A stretch of DNA of 64,000 bases from Pecten maximus (taxonomy: Eukaryota): assembly GCF_902652985.1 (NCBI RefSeq), contig NC_047024.1, positions 13,950,001 to 14,014,000 on the forward strand. Reading direction: 5' to 3'. A program made the translations under genes and the position numbers. Below the pieces are notes generated by a model. That model was not told where the DNA came from, did not search any database, and saw only the letters and a program-made list of their open reading frames with translations. Positions 13,935 through 28,600 of the stretch are shown here, piece after piece; the stretch's first letter is position 1; every line of letters begins with the position of its first letter.

Positions 13935-15935
13935 AAGGTCGAATGTGTCATTATAACGGCGCCAGTAGCAAGAGATATTAAAAGTAACAAGGTCGACCGG
14001 TCACTATAGCGGCCCCGGTAGGATAGAGTTAGTGGATCTAACAGGATAAAAACAATAAAACTAACAAGGTCGACCGGTCACTATAGCGGCGTCGGTAGAA
14101 TAGAGGTAGTATATCTAACAGGATCGAATGTATCATTATCACGGCGTCAGGAGCTAGAGACAATGAAACTAACAAGGTCGAATGTGTCCATTATCGCGGC
14201 GCCAGTAGGTAGAGGAAGTAGAGCAAACAGGGTCGAATGTGTCCCTATCATTGCGCCAGTAAGCTACAGGTAGTTCAACGTACATGTATGCACGACCACG
14301 GCGCCATTAGCGAAATATAGTAAAATAAGAATGGTCGAATGTGTCCATTATCGAGGCGCCAATAGGTAGAGGAAGTAGAGCAAACAGGGTCGAATGTGTC
14401 GCTATCACGGCGCCAGTAGCTAGAGGTAGTTCAACGTATGAACGACCACGGCGCCATTGGTGAAAGATAGTCAAACTAACAAGGTCGAATGTGTCCATTA
14501 TCGCGACGCCAGTAGGTAGAGGAAGTATAGCAAACAGGGTCGAATGTGTCGCTATCATTGCGCCAGTAGCTACAGGTAGTTCAACGTATGCACGACCACG
14601 GCGCCATTAGCGAATGATAGTAAAATAAAAATGGTCGAATGTGTCCATTATCGAGGCGCCAATAGGTAGAGGAAGTAGAGCAAACAGGGTCGAATGTGTC
14701 GCTATCACGGCGCCAGTAGCTACAGGTAGTTCAACGTATGCACGACCACGGCGCCATTAGCGAAAGATAGTAAAATAAAAATGGTCGAATGTGTCCATTA
14801 TCGAGGCGCCAATAGGTAGAGGAAGTAGAGCAAACAGGGTCGAATGTGTCGCTATCACGGCGCCAGTAGCTAGAGGTAGTTCAACGTATGAACGACCACG
14901 GCGCCATTTGCGAAAGATAGTCAAACTAACAAGGTCGAATGTGTCCATTATCGAGGCGCCAATAGGTAGAGGAAGTAGAGCAAACACGGTCGAATGTGTC
15001 GCTATCACGGCGCCAGTAGCTACAGGTAGTTCAACGTATGAACGACCACGGCGCCATGGGCGAAAGATAGTAAAATAAAAATGGTCGAATGTGTCCATTA
15101 TCGAGGCGCCAATAGGTAGAGGAAGTAGAGCAAACAGGGTCGAATGTGTCGCTATCACGGCGCCAGTAGCTAGAGGTAGTTCAACGTATGAACGACCACG
15201 GCGCCATTTGCGAAAGATAGTCAAACTAACAAGGTCGAATGTGTCCATTATCGAGGCGCCAATAGGTAGAGGAAGTAGAGCAAACAGGGTCGAATGTGTC
15301 GCTATCACGGCGCCAGTAGCTACAGGTAGTTCAACGTATGAACGACCACGGCGCCATGGGCGAAAGATAGTAAAATAAAAATGGTCGAATGTGTCCATTA
15401 TCGAGTCGCCAATAGGTAGAGGAAGTAGAGCAAACAGGGTCGAATGTGTCGCTATCACGGCGCCAGTAGCTAGAGGTAGTTCAACGTATGAACGACCACG
15501 GCGCCATTTGCGAAAGATAGTCAAACTAACAAGGTCGAATGTGTCCATTATCGAGGCGCCAATAGGTAGAGGAAGTAGAGCAAACAGGGTCGAATGTGTC
15601 GCTATCACGGCACCAGTAGCTACAGGTAGTTCAACGTATGAACGACCACGGCGCCATGGGCGAAAGATAGTAAAATAAAAATGGTCGAATGTGTCCATTA
15701 TCGAGGCGCCAATAGGTAGAGGAAGTAGAGCAAACAGGGTCGAATGTGTCGCTATCACGGCGCCAGTAGCTAGAGGTAGTTCAACGTATGAACGACCACG
15801 GCGCCATTGGCGAAGATAGTAAAATAAAAATGGTCGAATGTGTCCAGTATCGAGGCGCCAATAGGTAGAGGAAGTAGAGCAAACAGGGTCGAATGTGTCG
15901 CTATCACGGCGCCAGTAGCTAGAGGTAGCTCAACT
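13935..15935. repeat. 150-bp satellite organised as a 300-bp dimeric higher-order repeat
   Basis: Near-exact 300-bp periodicity 14761-15720 with alternating A/B monomers; degenerate ~50-bp subunits at the left edge. Confidence 0.95.
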
Positions 15936-18084
15936 GATTCACTGTCATGGTATAAGAAGGTAGACATAGCAGAACCAATAAAGTCGACTGTCTCAATTTC
16001 ACAACGCCAGTAGATAGAGATAGTATAGCTCACAACGTCTACTTCATCACATGATTATTTTGGATGATAAAGCATTCCGACAGCAACAAACTCTTCTCTG
16101 GGTTTTTTTTTTTTTTTTAATTTTCCATATTTTGCAGCCATGCAGTTTCATCGCTCCCTTAGGAGTACTAGTGTCGTCTGGATCATCAACCTACAAGTCA
16201 TATTATTTAGTGTTAAAGTTGCGGCTGCTTAACAGGAAAATACACAATATGGCTGTTATTCTTGAGGTAGACACTTATATGAATGTTTAGTTATGTATTT
16301 GATACTATTAAAACCACTGTACAACAGACAATGTTGGTCCCTTTTGATTAGAGGTACGACCTACACGGATGAGCAATAAGATGATATTAAGTATGAAGTG
16401 TCAGCACGAAGTACAGCCCCTCACGGGATACATTTTACTGCGTATTCAAGTCATACGACTTTGATAGCGAACAAACACAACTTAACGGAATTGTAAGGCG
16501 AATTTGGCTTAAATCGCGTCTCTTTTTTTTATATAAGAGACAAACGTATAATATTTTAGGGAAGAACAAATGCTGAATTAATCCTTTGACAAACCTTGTA
16601 TACCATACTGCAAACACGTACAGGAACGGGAAACTACTATTCGTTAATTGTGAATGTGTGAGGTCTTTCCAATAACCCCGACTCCCCCTCCAATATCAGT
16701 GATTTTCTTCAGTGTTGTTTTCTATTTAGGGGCGTTGATGACAGAAATAGTTATCTTAATTATAACCATCGTGACCTTTATTGTTCCATCATATCATATC
16801 CTCTCTTCGTTCCTTTTATTCATTCATTCATTCTCTCTGTGTTTTAATATCTTGGTGTACCATGTGACCTTGGGTGTTGCAATGACGTCAAATCCCGTCT
16901 AACAAACACCCATCTTAAATGTGATTGAAGTTAAATCTATTAACTTCCCCGTTGACCGAAAAGCGTGAAAAGTGTGAAAAGTCACCACAACAGGAATACT
17001 GGTTCCAATGATCTCTCGTAGGAACTGTTTTGGGAGTGTAATGGATAAAATCTCGACGATTATCCCAGAGAATGAAGTTAGAAATATATGTGAAGCTAGC
17101 ACATGTACATACAATATTCAGCCTATTGTATATGGAAGACGTTTTTCAAAGTGTGTCAGATGATATATGGCAGTAATGCCTCTGACCTTTTGTTTGTTAT
17201 ATAACTGTAGTGAGGAAGAATATATTTGATCAAACCCTTACTTCCCAGTAACAACGATCACCAAAAGGTGTCCAGAATATTACATGAAGTCTATAATGTA
17301 CATTGCGGGTTCCCACAATGTATTGGTTATACTCCACATCGTGATTTGATTTTTTTTTTTGGTCTGATGTTGTTGATTCTGCAGTAAAACATACATGTAT
17401 ATTGTTATATTACAACTAATTGTTTAGTTTTGTGTTGTATTCCGAAAGTGGTATGTGTAATGTTAAATATATGTTTTACCGAATATGTCCACGTTTTAAG
17501 GTCCTATCATAACAATGGCAGAAAGTGAAGCAGACGTATCTGGTAAAGATATCTTAAGAATCCAATTGCAACGTTACACTATCTATATTGGCTTCAGTTA
17601 GTCAGAAGATAATACTCATGTATTAGTGCCAATCCGGAGAACTTTATTACAGCACATCGTGGAACAAATAACGTCCCTGGCATTTAGATGTTTAAAACGG
17701 AAGTAGCGTCTGGTCCGCGTGTACGACCATAGCTGTGTATGTGATACGATGTAATAACAAAATATAAACTATATATAGAACACAACAACAGGATCAGTTA
17801 TAAACTAAACAATAGCAATAGTTTATCTATTTCAAACTCATTTAAAAGCTTTTAGATACGGATTATATCCAATAGCCATTACATAAAAATGACTAAACAT
17901 TCCTAAACATTTTTATCATTTAAATTTTTTTCATTGTCAAAGTGCATTTAACTGAAATAATAGCAGTTATCATTTGTAACTGACATCGTTTGTGTGACTG
18001 ACTTAAGAGGCATGTCTGCGGAATTTTGAAAATTGAGTAGTTCGGTTGGCTGCCCTGGACGATTGGCGTAAGAAATGTGCCTGT

Positions 18085-18510
18085 TGTTACCTTGTCATGA
18101 TTCGTAAGAGGTGACTTAATTTAGAATTCTACATTTCCTCTTTCTTTCCAATTCACTGTCTGCTTCATAATGTCTCCCGTGACACTGCCTCACACTGGCC
18201 TTTAGGCTGGCGTTCGCCCCTGTAAGGAATGCTCTGGATTATGTCCCCAGGCCAAGGCAAAACAGAGTCTATAAAAGTGGTTGTTACAACTTATCTATTG
18301 CTTGGAATAGGACGACTAGTTCGTACGTTGTCAGTATACTGTGACCGAGTGGGGTGACCTGTTATATGCATGTGGTGGTATGCTTCAGTAAGGTAGCACT
18401 ATAAAGTCGGTATCTATTCCGAGCTATCACAAGGAGACAATCGCGAACATACAGCCTCAAAAACCCAGAAACTCACCCTCACTACACACAGACATGTCGC
18501 ACACAGGGAA
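18085..18510 (+). mobile_element. SINE-like interspersed repeat (mollusc Meta-type core suspected)
   Basis: Core TGTCAGTATACTGTGACCGAGTGGGG...CTTCAGTAAGGTAGCACTATAAAG; homologous inverted copy at ~20200-20590 and a fragment near 40780. Confidence 0.6.
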
Positions 18511-20199
18511 GGTCCTCCGTAACTATCCAGCACATGTTGATTGGATGCTAAGCAATATAACACCAAACTAAACCAATGTAATGCAGGTACCGTAGAAAAC
18601 ATGTCGCTGTACAGGTATTTGTGGATACTGAACGAATATTTTCGTTAAATATTGATTTCCTTATGAACAAAGGAGCGTGCGTGATACCAATAGTCGACTG
18701 CTTTACTAATGTAGAAACGATGAAACTTCGTCAAATGTCAATTCATCATGGTATTTGTTATTTGCATTGCTTACGTTCGCCGGTGAACCGGCATCTCTGG
18801 TGGAACATGTGCCGGTGTTAAGTACATTTATTTTGTAAGTTGGATGTGCTATCATGTCAGTATGCATTCACATGAACACACAGTATAAGTTGAGTTTGCC
18901 GTTAATACATTTGTACTCGGGGCGACATGACATCATTTGTCTTATCTCTATGGGCTTGACTAAGTCCGTGAGTCGAGGCCTCCTGCTGTAGTTTACTCTC
19001 AGTGACAAAGGATGCCTGGAATTAGCATCTTCAGGTCTTCAAAGAGAATTTACAGACAGTATAGGCAGACATTGGTGTCAGTAGATGTGCTGTGTTGAAT
19101 AATTCGTCCTTTAACTACCATTAGTCAGACTAGATCATAGAATTCTACGTACGGTTAGTTTAACATGGAGATATATGTAGTCTAGAATTTTCCGGTAAAT
19201 ATATTTTTTTAAACATATAGTTATAAAAACGAGCCAACAACACGTCCAGTTATATTATATTTCCTATGTATTCAATTGATCAAGCCAGGCTTAAATTGCA
19301 GTGCTCTGGTTGTAAATGATTCTTGTCCACAGGAGCGTCTAACCAGTTTCCTTGTCGTGGTGTTTCTCCACGACAGAACCTAAAATATATCGTCTAATTT
19401 CATAATAAAATATCCGGGAATCTGCTTTCCGGATACTAGATATTCTTTCGTGTTGGATTGGTGTTCTGGGTATTTACTGAAGAGCGTTTATTCGACCATG
19501 CCCAATATGTATAGGGCGAAAATATCACGCGGGTTCATATTACCATTAGAAGAGTAAATGCGTAGACGAGAGAATCGGTCGTACAGGAAGTCATTTCATA
19601 GGTAGAGCTTGTGTTGTATCGAAGACATTACATAGGAAAAAATCGTATTTAGCTCTGAATTGTTAACTAGCAAGATTAGAATGGTATTCCGTGCAAAATA
19701 TCGAAATATAGGCTAAGTCTATAACAGTACATTTCATTTTGACAAAAATACTTACCATGTATTATTGATTATACTCGCTTTTCCTCGTGCCCCTCTCCTT
19801 CGTTTTTGACGTAATACGTCAGACAGTAGGTCGCTCCTCATTTCTGGTGAAGTATCTATGTATGTCTAGCTTCTCTTTCGTGTCACATGTACAGAATGAC
19901 TTTATATCTACATTAATATGTCTCGTATCATCTAATGACAAATGTACTTTGAGTATACTTTGGGTAACTATTGGTCTTCCTTGTGTCAATTACAGAACCT
20001 CATTCTTAAGGAATGTATTATTCTGTATATCTTTGCTTGCTACTAATGTTAAATTTGTTGTTGTCTTAAACGCGGGTAGATTGATAGCCAGATATTTGCA
20101 GAGTTGATTAATTCCCCGTTTTAATTATCAGTAAAATTAAAATCATCTAGACAGTAAATTCTTTTAATTTTTAAAGTCCTATCAACACTTACGATTTAA

Positions 20200-20590
20200 G
20201 AACATGTGTGCGAGATACATGGGTGTGTTAAGTGCGTGCGGTGGAATTTTGGAGGTTGTAGTATGCTTTGTCTCCTTATTATAGCGTGGAACAGATGCTG
20301 ATTTTATAGTGCTACCTCACTGAAACATATTGCCTAAGACATCCAGCAGTACGCCCCAACCGGTCGCGTTACACTTACAACTGGGAAACAAGTCGTCCCA
20401 CTCCCAATATGATGATATGATGAGATGACAAAAGCCGAAGACTTTCCCACAGCGGGGAACGCTCAGCCTAGAGGCAAAAATTGCGGCAGCGTCAGGGGAG
20501 ACATAAGGAAGAAGAAATCGCTGTTTATAAAGATGAGGAAAGATAAGATACCAAATTCAGTCGCCTCTCACGTACTACCTGCAGGGCTGT
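20200..20590 (-). mobile_element. Second, inverted copy of the SINE-like repeat at 18085-18510
   Basis: GGAACAGATGCTGATTTTATAGTGCTACCTCACTGAA closely matches the reverse complement of 18384-18420; similarity continues to GTCGCCTCTCACG. Confidence 0.65.
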
Positions 20591-23500
20591 CAGACAGTTG
20601 TAATTTTGATGTCCGGACAGTTGTAACTCTTAGTATATTTGATATCAGCACAGTTCACTTAAGAAGAGTTGATTACCGATATTTCCACTCGTTTCATTTC
20701 ATGCATATTAATCGGAACAGTTTCGTTGTCTTGTTTATGTATGAACATGTCATATGGATGGTGATTTAAACTTCATCTACAGATTTTGTAACGTAGGTAG
20801 ATGGATTTCGTGATTTAATGTAGTTTTTGCATTGGAATCTCGCTAGAATGCCGATATTTTCTTCGATCATATTCTCTGCTAGTACTCCATCTAGGATAGA
20901 ACCTCTAAGATTGTAAATGTTGAATATTCTGAACAAGGAAATGTTAAGCTGTTCATGTATATCGTTTGGAGTGTGATTATTATGCCAAAGATATACATAA
21001 ATAAAACAGGCTCCGGCTGCATGTGATATTGGAACATGGAACATACATATAGTAAATTATATCCTTTTTATGGAGATCGATCGAGAATACCAGCCCTAGC
21101 CGATATTAGCTTGTCGTCTGTACAATATTCAAATTAGATATTAATATGGTTATTGGGTTTCTGCTTGAGCGAAGTCAGAGCTTGGTAAATTAAAACCCTC
21201 CTGGGTGTGTAATATATGATGCGCTGAAATTTTAATCAATTCAGTGCCTGCGTACTAGTGCTTCCTGCCAGCTAACGATTTCACTTATCAATGTATACAT
21301 TGTTATAACAAATAGTCCTTGTCACATGTTGAAATGATGAATACAGATTAATTCATTTTGTATCTAACTTATGTGCGCAATTAATATGCAATGTAGATAT
21401 AGCGAAATATTTCACAACAAGCAATTGTTTTTGCCATGTTTATCTAACTTAAGCATATTAATTATTTTTGTTTTTTCCAACATTTCAAACAAAAAGAACT
21501 TCTTATTATCCTTACAGTAATAAAATGTGTATACATATAATGTCAATGAACAGTGGTAATTAGCAGATAGACTGTAACATTTCATATAACAATATAGCCC
21601 CGTGATGACAACTTGGTTCTAAACATCGTTATCACTAATTGATGTCCGATAGAAAGTAAAATGCACCAATTTCAAAACTTACATTTCTTACTGCAAGACC
21701 AAACCCATATGAACTTTTAAAAAATAAAAGCTTCAACGTTCCTAACACGTCATCCAGTTATAGTCCATGGCGTGCGAGTCGTGATAGGCAGGTAATATTC
21801 ATCAGGAAATAATTATTTGTGTAACGAATTTATGTATTAAAAAATTCAAACGTGAATCAATGATTTCATATTAACACTCAGAATCTGGGTTTACGCATTA
21901 ATTGGAAATGCTCCATTTGTTTGTTTAATCGAAAAGGTTAATTGATTCTGTCACAGATTGAGACAAAAATGTCCATCGTTTTGGTTCTTGCTTCCCTCTG
22001 CGTTTTCAATTTCAATTGGGAATCGATAAGTAAGGAATGCTCAGATGTCATCATAATGTACCTTGGTGGAAGTTCGTTCAAGATTCCTAGGTTATAACAT
22101 TCCAATACGCTTTCATTGTGAAATCTCTCCAACAATTGTGTTCATTGTCTTGGTGTGACTTTAGCTATAGTTGGGATGTAAAACTATAGGTTATCATTTC
22201 ATTATATAACAATAACATCATGTATCACATTCAATCAAAACAGCACAAGGCAGAATCAAGGAGATAGATAACACCATATTACACTCCCCTATACTACAAT
22301 ATATCTTCACTCAGTAAGACGGATTGTCCGGGCGGACGTCCTTCTGTCGTACACTTGTTGTCCAATCTCTTTAAAAGGAAATTGTTCAACACTTACAATG
22401 TAAGTCGTGTCCGGGAGTTTCCTTTTAACTTTCGGTCAATCTTTGCAGACATTCAAAGTAATGGTTTACTGAGCGGTATTTCTCTCCAATGATTTTGTAA
22501 AAGGAAAGTCGTTGCCCTTTACGTCTAGTCTGTAGGCTTACCCTGTTTTGTCCGTTATCGAAAGATACAAAGGTTTTGTTACTGCAGTTCTCCTCCTAAG
22601 CAGCATGTTCTTTAAGCGTTTAAATCTTCTCTAGATTCCTCACGTATGATTGACAGTTTTATAATTATTGATTTTCCTATAGGGCATTTTCATTAAACTA
22701 TTGTTCAAATTATATTTCTGTAATTTAATGCATCATGATACAGAAATGTATGTTAATTTGACAAAAGACGTTTGTAAGTTTTTCCGTCTGTTCCGTCTCT
22801 TGTTTAACCAGTCACTACCCCTAAACATTCCACAAACCCTGTACTTCCTCGTCATCCAAACAGTAATCTCAAGTCCTAATGAATACCCGTTACACCTTCC
22901 TTTAGCATACATTTAGCATTATGTAAGCAGTAAGTTAGCATTCAGTAAGCATTCAGTAAACATTCTGTTAGCATACAATTAACAAGATGCGGCTTTTAAA
23001 TCCTATATATGATTGCCTAGGTCCCAATACCCATCATAAATGGCATCTCCATTTAAGTACAAAATGTCCACCGCTTCATTCTGTTTCCATCATCTTTATC
23101 TGACACAGCTAGACGCGTTTAACAGTCTTCCTTCACAATCACTCTTCTCCTCCTGCAGACCACCGATACAGAGGGGAAATTAGCCTATGTAATATTGCAT
23201 TGTCTGTACCCCGTGTCTTCCTCATGGCGGTGACTTAAACCGAACCTTGAATGTCTACTAAATATTTCAGTGTGCTTGGTATAAACTGTCTCGCTTTAGT
23301 GCTTAAGGCCTCGCGATTCCCGGAAATATACAAAAACAGAACTGCGTCTCCATTTAAAAAGCTTGGTCATGACGGTAGCTGAAAAGATTAGCGCCCCCTA
23401 GGGGGTGATCATGAGGTCGGTCTGACCGAGGTGGGCAGTCAATGAAAGCCGTTTTACACACACACTATATTCTATTGTAAATCAGTATAAATCGTTATAG

Positions 23501-23739
23501 CCTATTATGTACCGGTTATTATCTAAGCTCTTTTTGCTGGTCTTGTACTTGCTTATAGGTTCCATCATAGGATAACCAAGTCGTGTTTATAGCAGTTCAA
23601 TTAACCTCGTTAGACATTTGGCGCCGACAACTTTTGGGCTTCGGTTACCAGCGTTTACATTGGTGATAAGAAAAATGATAAGCCATCGTGCTGAATAACT
23701 ACGGGCAAACTCCATCATCATCTGTTGCCTTATATTTAA

Positions 23740-24020
23740 TCTATATATAGCTACACACATTAACATGACAATGTACTAAATCACATGTAATCCATACACA
23801 GCTACACACAGTAACATGACAATCTACTAAATCACATACAAACTATATATGGCTACGCACAGTAACCATGACAATCTACTAAATCACATACAATCTATAT
23901 ATAACTAGGTACAGTTACCATGACAATCTACTAAATCATATACAATCTACATATAGCTACGTACAGTAACTATGACAATCAACTACAACATATACAATCT
24001 ATATATAGATACGTACAGTA
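23740..24020. repeat. Degenerate ~52-bp tandem repeat (~5 copies)
   Basis: Recurring ATGACAATCTACTAAATCACATACAATCTATATATAGCTAC. Confidence 0.85.
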
Positions 24021-25014
24021 GCAATCACTGTTTACATTACATAACCACAATGTCCATCACATATCGTTGTACAGTGTCATCACCACAACTTCTTCATAAA
24101 CAATCTATATTACATAAATACATATACACTATCCATCATAATCTACACTGGTTCTTTACATTTGCAGCTCGGCCACAACATATTTTGACTTCAACGATCA
24201 GGATATTGTTTCTGTGCGATTCCTTGTTTATGATAGTTATATATCTATACATCTGTGGCAATACTGTGTCGCTTGTGTAGTCCGTCAGTTCAGAGATGTC
24301 ACAATTTACTTATTCTACCAATACAGATAATATGATCAGATCAAACTGGTCTTCACACACTGGTAATTACTTGGCATTAGACATGGCAGTAATGATGAGG
24401 TAGAGACCAGTGATAATCCACAATGTGATCCATTCATGGCATTACAAAGTACAACCGTACTCAATAATACTCGTTCCATCTTACATGTATTACATGTCAC
24501 CAGTTCCTAATTTCTTTGTTAAGATTTATCAGCAATTCTAATGCAAGCTTATCCCCCTCTAGTTTGACATTTATCCTACAGACCTAAACTATAATGCTCA
24601 ATTTTATTTATGATTTTGATATTCTATAGAAAGGGGGCCAGTCTGATCATTAACATGTATATAGGATTGTCAACGGGTTCTTATTTCATATGATATTTCA
24701 TTAGATTATTCTGAGAAATTTTATATTTTGCAAGAATTGACAAGCAAATACAAAAACCTCAAAACGAGTATCATAAAATCTAATCTGAAATAAAAACATA
24801 TATTTCACATAACCGAGAAAAACAAACCTTAAGACATTTTTGAGGAAAGGCGTCAAGTGCAAAATTGAATGGAGGCAGCCATTTTCAATTCAAGATGTAA
24901 CGTCAATTTCCATATAATGTTATAATCTGGTTTTGACTTACATGGCAAATGAAAAATAATCCATGGTATATTTTATATATAAGCAAAAATAGTACCTGAG
25001 CGAAAGGGCGTCGT

Positions 25015-25780
25015 CATTACAATATAACCGTTTACAATGCTACAATATAAACATTAATAATTTTACAACATAATAACTTTCAGTGTTACCATTTTACCAT
25101 TAACAATATTACAAAATCATCATGTACAATATAACCATTTTACCATTTCCAATTACAATGTAAACTGTACAATATAACAATATCATCATTTGCGATATAA
25201 TAATTTGCAATTTTGCAATAAAATCATAATTATACAATACAATCATATACAATATAAGAATTTTACCATTTACAATATTACAATGCAAGTATTAACAATA
25301 TAACTATTTACAAAATTACAATATAATCACTAATATAACCATTTACAATTTAGCAATAAAATCATTTGCAATATAACAACATAACCATTTACAATTTAGC
25401 AATAAAATCATTTACAATATAACAATATAATCATTAACAATATAATCATTAACAATATAATCATTAACAATATAATCATTAACAATATAATCATTAACAA
25501 TATAATCATTTACAATATTATCATTAACAATATAATCATTTACAATATTATCATTAACAATATTATCATTAACAATATAATCATTAACAATATAATCATT
25601 AACAATATTATCATTAACAATATTATCATTAACAATATTATCATTAACAATATTTAAATGTAACTATTGACAATGTTACAATGTAACCATGTACAATATT
25701 ACAATGTTACAATTAACAATAATACAATGTAACCATTTACAACATTACCATTTACAGTATTATCATTTACTATACCTATA
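25015..25780. repeat. AT-rich 15-bp minisatellite with degenerate flanks
   Basis: AACAATAT(A/T)ATCATT nearly perfect over 25430-25653. Confidence 0.9.
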
Positions 25781-28489
25781 TTTACTCAATACGAACAAAT
25801 CCCTTTCAATATTTTCCATTGTTATGTATTTGAATTTTTTTTTTTTTTTTGAAAAAAAACAAAGTATAATTGTATTGTGAAGGTTTCATACATTGAATAA
25901 TTCCATTATACAAAACGAGAACATACCTAATCTATCTGTCCAACTACATTGTAACTATATATGACCAGGTCGTCTACCTCGTTTCCGTGTCGGAAGGGGA
26001 AGTATTCGTAGAACTAATGTATCTATGCTATTGTTTAGCGGAGGTCAGATCCATTTGTATGTGTGTGTCACGTGGTAGTTACTAAATGTTTCATGAAGTC
26101 CGATCAATGGTTTACAGAACCAGCTTAATCAATTAGGAGACATTGTTTGTTCTGGTCGTAATTTACGATTACATTCTAAGCGAGTTAAAACCGACAGACA
26201 GCGATGCATCCGGAACTCAGTTTTCGTGAATCACTCCAGCTATTATCAACTGTCTTTTTTTCCCAGGATGGATATCTCTCTCACTGCGAGATTAATGGTT
26301 AACTCGACCGTATCACATGACGAAATGCGATGGTCAAAAGATCGCTATAGTATAGTCAGCTTTCCCATATCGGGTATTAAAACAAATTCTCAAATACCAT
26401 CGAGGGTTGAACACAAGATTATAGGATAATAACGTATGAACAGTCGTGAAAAGATAGGCGAACTGATGCGTCAACATCGTATTGTATCTGACAACTCGGC
26501 CTCGATGAGTAATTTTGCAGTAGTTACGCACGGTCAATTCTAATATTAATTACTAACCCTACTGATGACTGTGTAAACATTGATGTGTCACACGGCACCC
26601 ATGTCAGCTTTATCCAATCAATATCGATGAGACATCTTCTCGGCATCAGACAGAGGCCCATACAGTGAATCCAAACAGAAAGATAGGTGTTTTGGGGGCA
26701 CGGGAGTGATAAATTGTATTTTGGATTGGGGATTGATAAGATGTGAGGCGATGCAATGCAGCGAGATCAAACTCGAACCACTAACCAAAACGCTTTAGGC
26801 GAACAAAGACAATATTCATTACCACCAAAGTTCTGGTATTCCTAGCCCTAATCGTAACATTCCATAAGCACTAGCATAAAACATTTTGAGGGGATACTTT
26901 TGTTCTCCAAACTCAAGAATTTATTTTGTATTCCACATATATCCGAAGTGCAAATTCATAATGGTTATGTGTGTTGGAATAATGAAATGCAATGGATAAC
27001 GTCAATGTTTGTGGAATGTGAATTATGCCTGTCAATTGACTTGCAAGTGATACAAAGTGCTTATTGTGTCCATTTTGTTGTATGTTTGAGTGCAATGTTG
27101 CAATGTTGTCATCACAGCATATATAAATGTCATCATGTTATTAACAGTCTGATAACCTGTACATTCAGAGTGCAAACGTGCTTTACTTAACCTTATTGCC
27201 CTCCAAAATATCATTACTACTTCCAAATATAGCGTAGCTTATCATCTGTTGTTAGTCCAATTTCCCCCTGAAATTACATTTGTTATGATCTACAGCTCGA
27301 GCAACCATTGTGACAGCCGTGTCACCAATGGAGACGTGCACGAAATGGCGGCAACTGCCTTCCGGGTACATGTGCCGACGATAAAAGCCTTTTTTGTGTT
27401 TTCAGTCTTATTTAGTTGGGATATTGTTTGTACTGATCGACGCGACATGTTGAGATGCTTGTGTGACCAAGACTACTTGTCAACTAGCTTATTATAGACT
27501 GACAGACAAGGCAATAATCTTGAGACAAAGATACAGCTTTAGATCAATAATATCTCACTTTTTCCTGATTCCATGTCAAACTTTTAAAATCATTGTATCA
27601 GGAAAATTTCAAATACCTTCTCAATGAGGCCATATCAGACATTTGCCGCTATTTTAAAGTGGGTTAATTGACTTGTCAAGTTTGATTCACACCATCTGAC
27701 TAAGATATAGATTTTTTTCCAAAAGCGTTTTAGAAACTAAATTCAACACATTATAGAAAAGAGGACATGTCAATAACCCATCCGGAAAGGATCCCGTGAC
27801 AAGGTACTTGTACCTTGACTTTAATTCCGGGTTAGATATTTTTGATAAGTTCTGTAACTTTTTACACGGCATGTCAATCATGTGCAAGAACCAATAATAA
27901 TATGAAAGTAGAGAATTACAGGGAAAACTCCGCTCAACGTTTTTTGTTCATAGAAACCCATATGCTTTTTCTACTAACGACATGTAAGATGTATTCTACT
28001 TGCCAGATAGAACGATACACCCTTTGTACATTTTCTTAATCATATTTTCAATAAGGTCATGCCTTAAAGTAGAAATGAAATATAAAGAGTACTATGTCTG
28101 TATCTGCTCATTTTATATATTTTACTTTAAAAACAGTGGCCCTTCGAGAGGTTTTTTTTCTTTGCAATGTACGTACAGCTGTACTTAGCCTATATAGAGG
28201 AATAACATCCAAGGCCCGAGGTGTAAATACAACAAAAAGCCAAAAGTTAATTAGTTGTTAAGTTATTTAGATACATGTTGACTATCGGGTAGTGACGATT
28301 GCTGATGACTACATTGCGAGAAAGCGATATGTTTCCCTTATTGCTAGATTTACGATATACGTTGAAACAATTTCAGCATCCCTCGCCGTAATTATCTATA
28401 TGGCAATAGCGAAACAATTTATTTCAACTGGCAAATTACTCTTCTTGACTCAGAAGGAAAGCTGCTGATGGTTGTCTTATTGAAGGAAT

Positions 28490-28600
28490 AGCAGATTACC
28501 AGGAGAAAACCGCATAGTGTTCCAGAGAGACGACCTCAGATTTTCCCCGTCCCGCTCGGAGATTCGAACCTAGGTCGGATCGCGCTTTACCCCTGCACAA
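28490..28600 (-). mobile_element. Degenerate tRNA-derived SINE fragment
   Basis: GGAGATTCGAACC is the reverse complement of a Pol III B box (GGTTCGAATCTCC); GGAGAAAACC core-like motif nearby. Confidence 0.45.

Noticed and set aside
14757-15758. 333-aa ORF and the three 95-aa ORFs on the other strand
   Set aside because: Translation of the 150/300-bp satellite; nucleotide-level periodicity, no recognisable domain
22300-22640. Possible decayed retroelement coding remnant on the minus strand (KVKRKLPDTTYIV)
   Set aside because: Too short and interrupted to assign without a search
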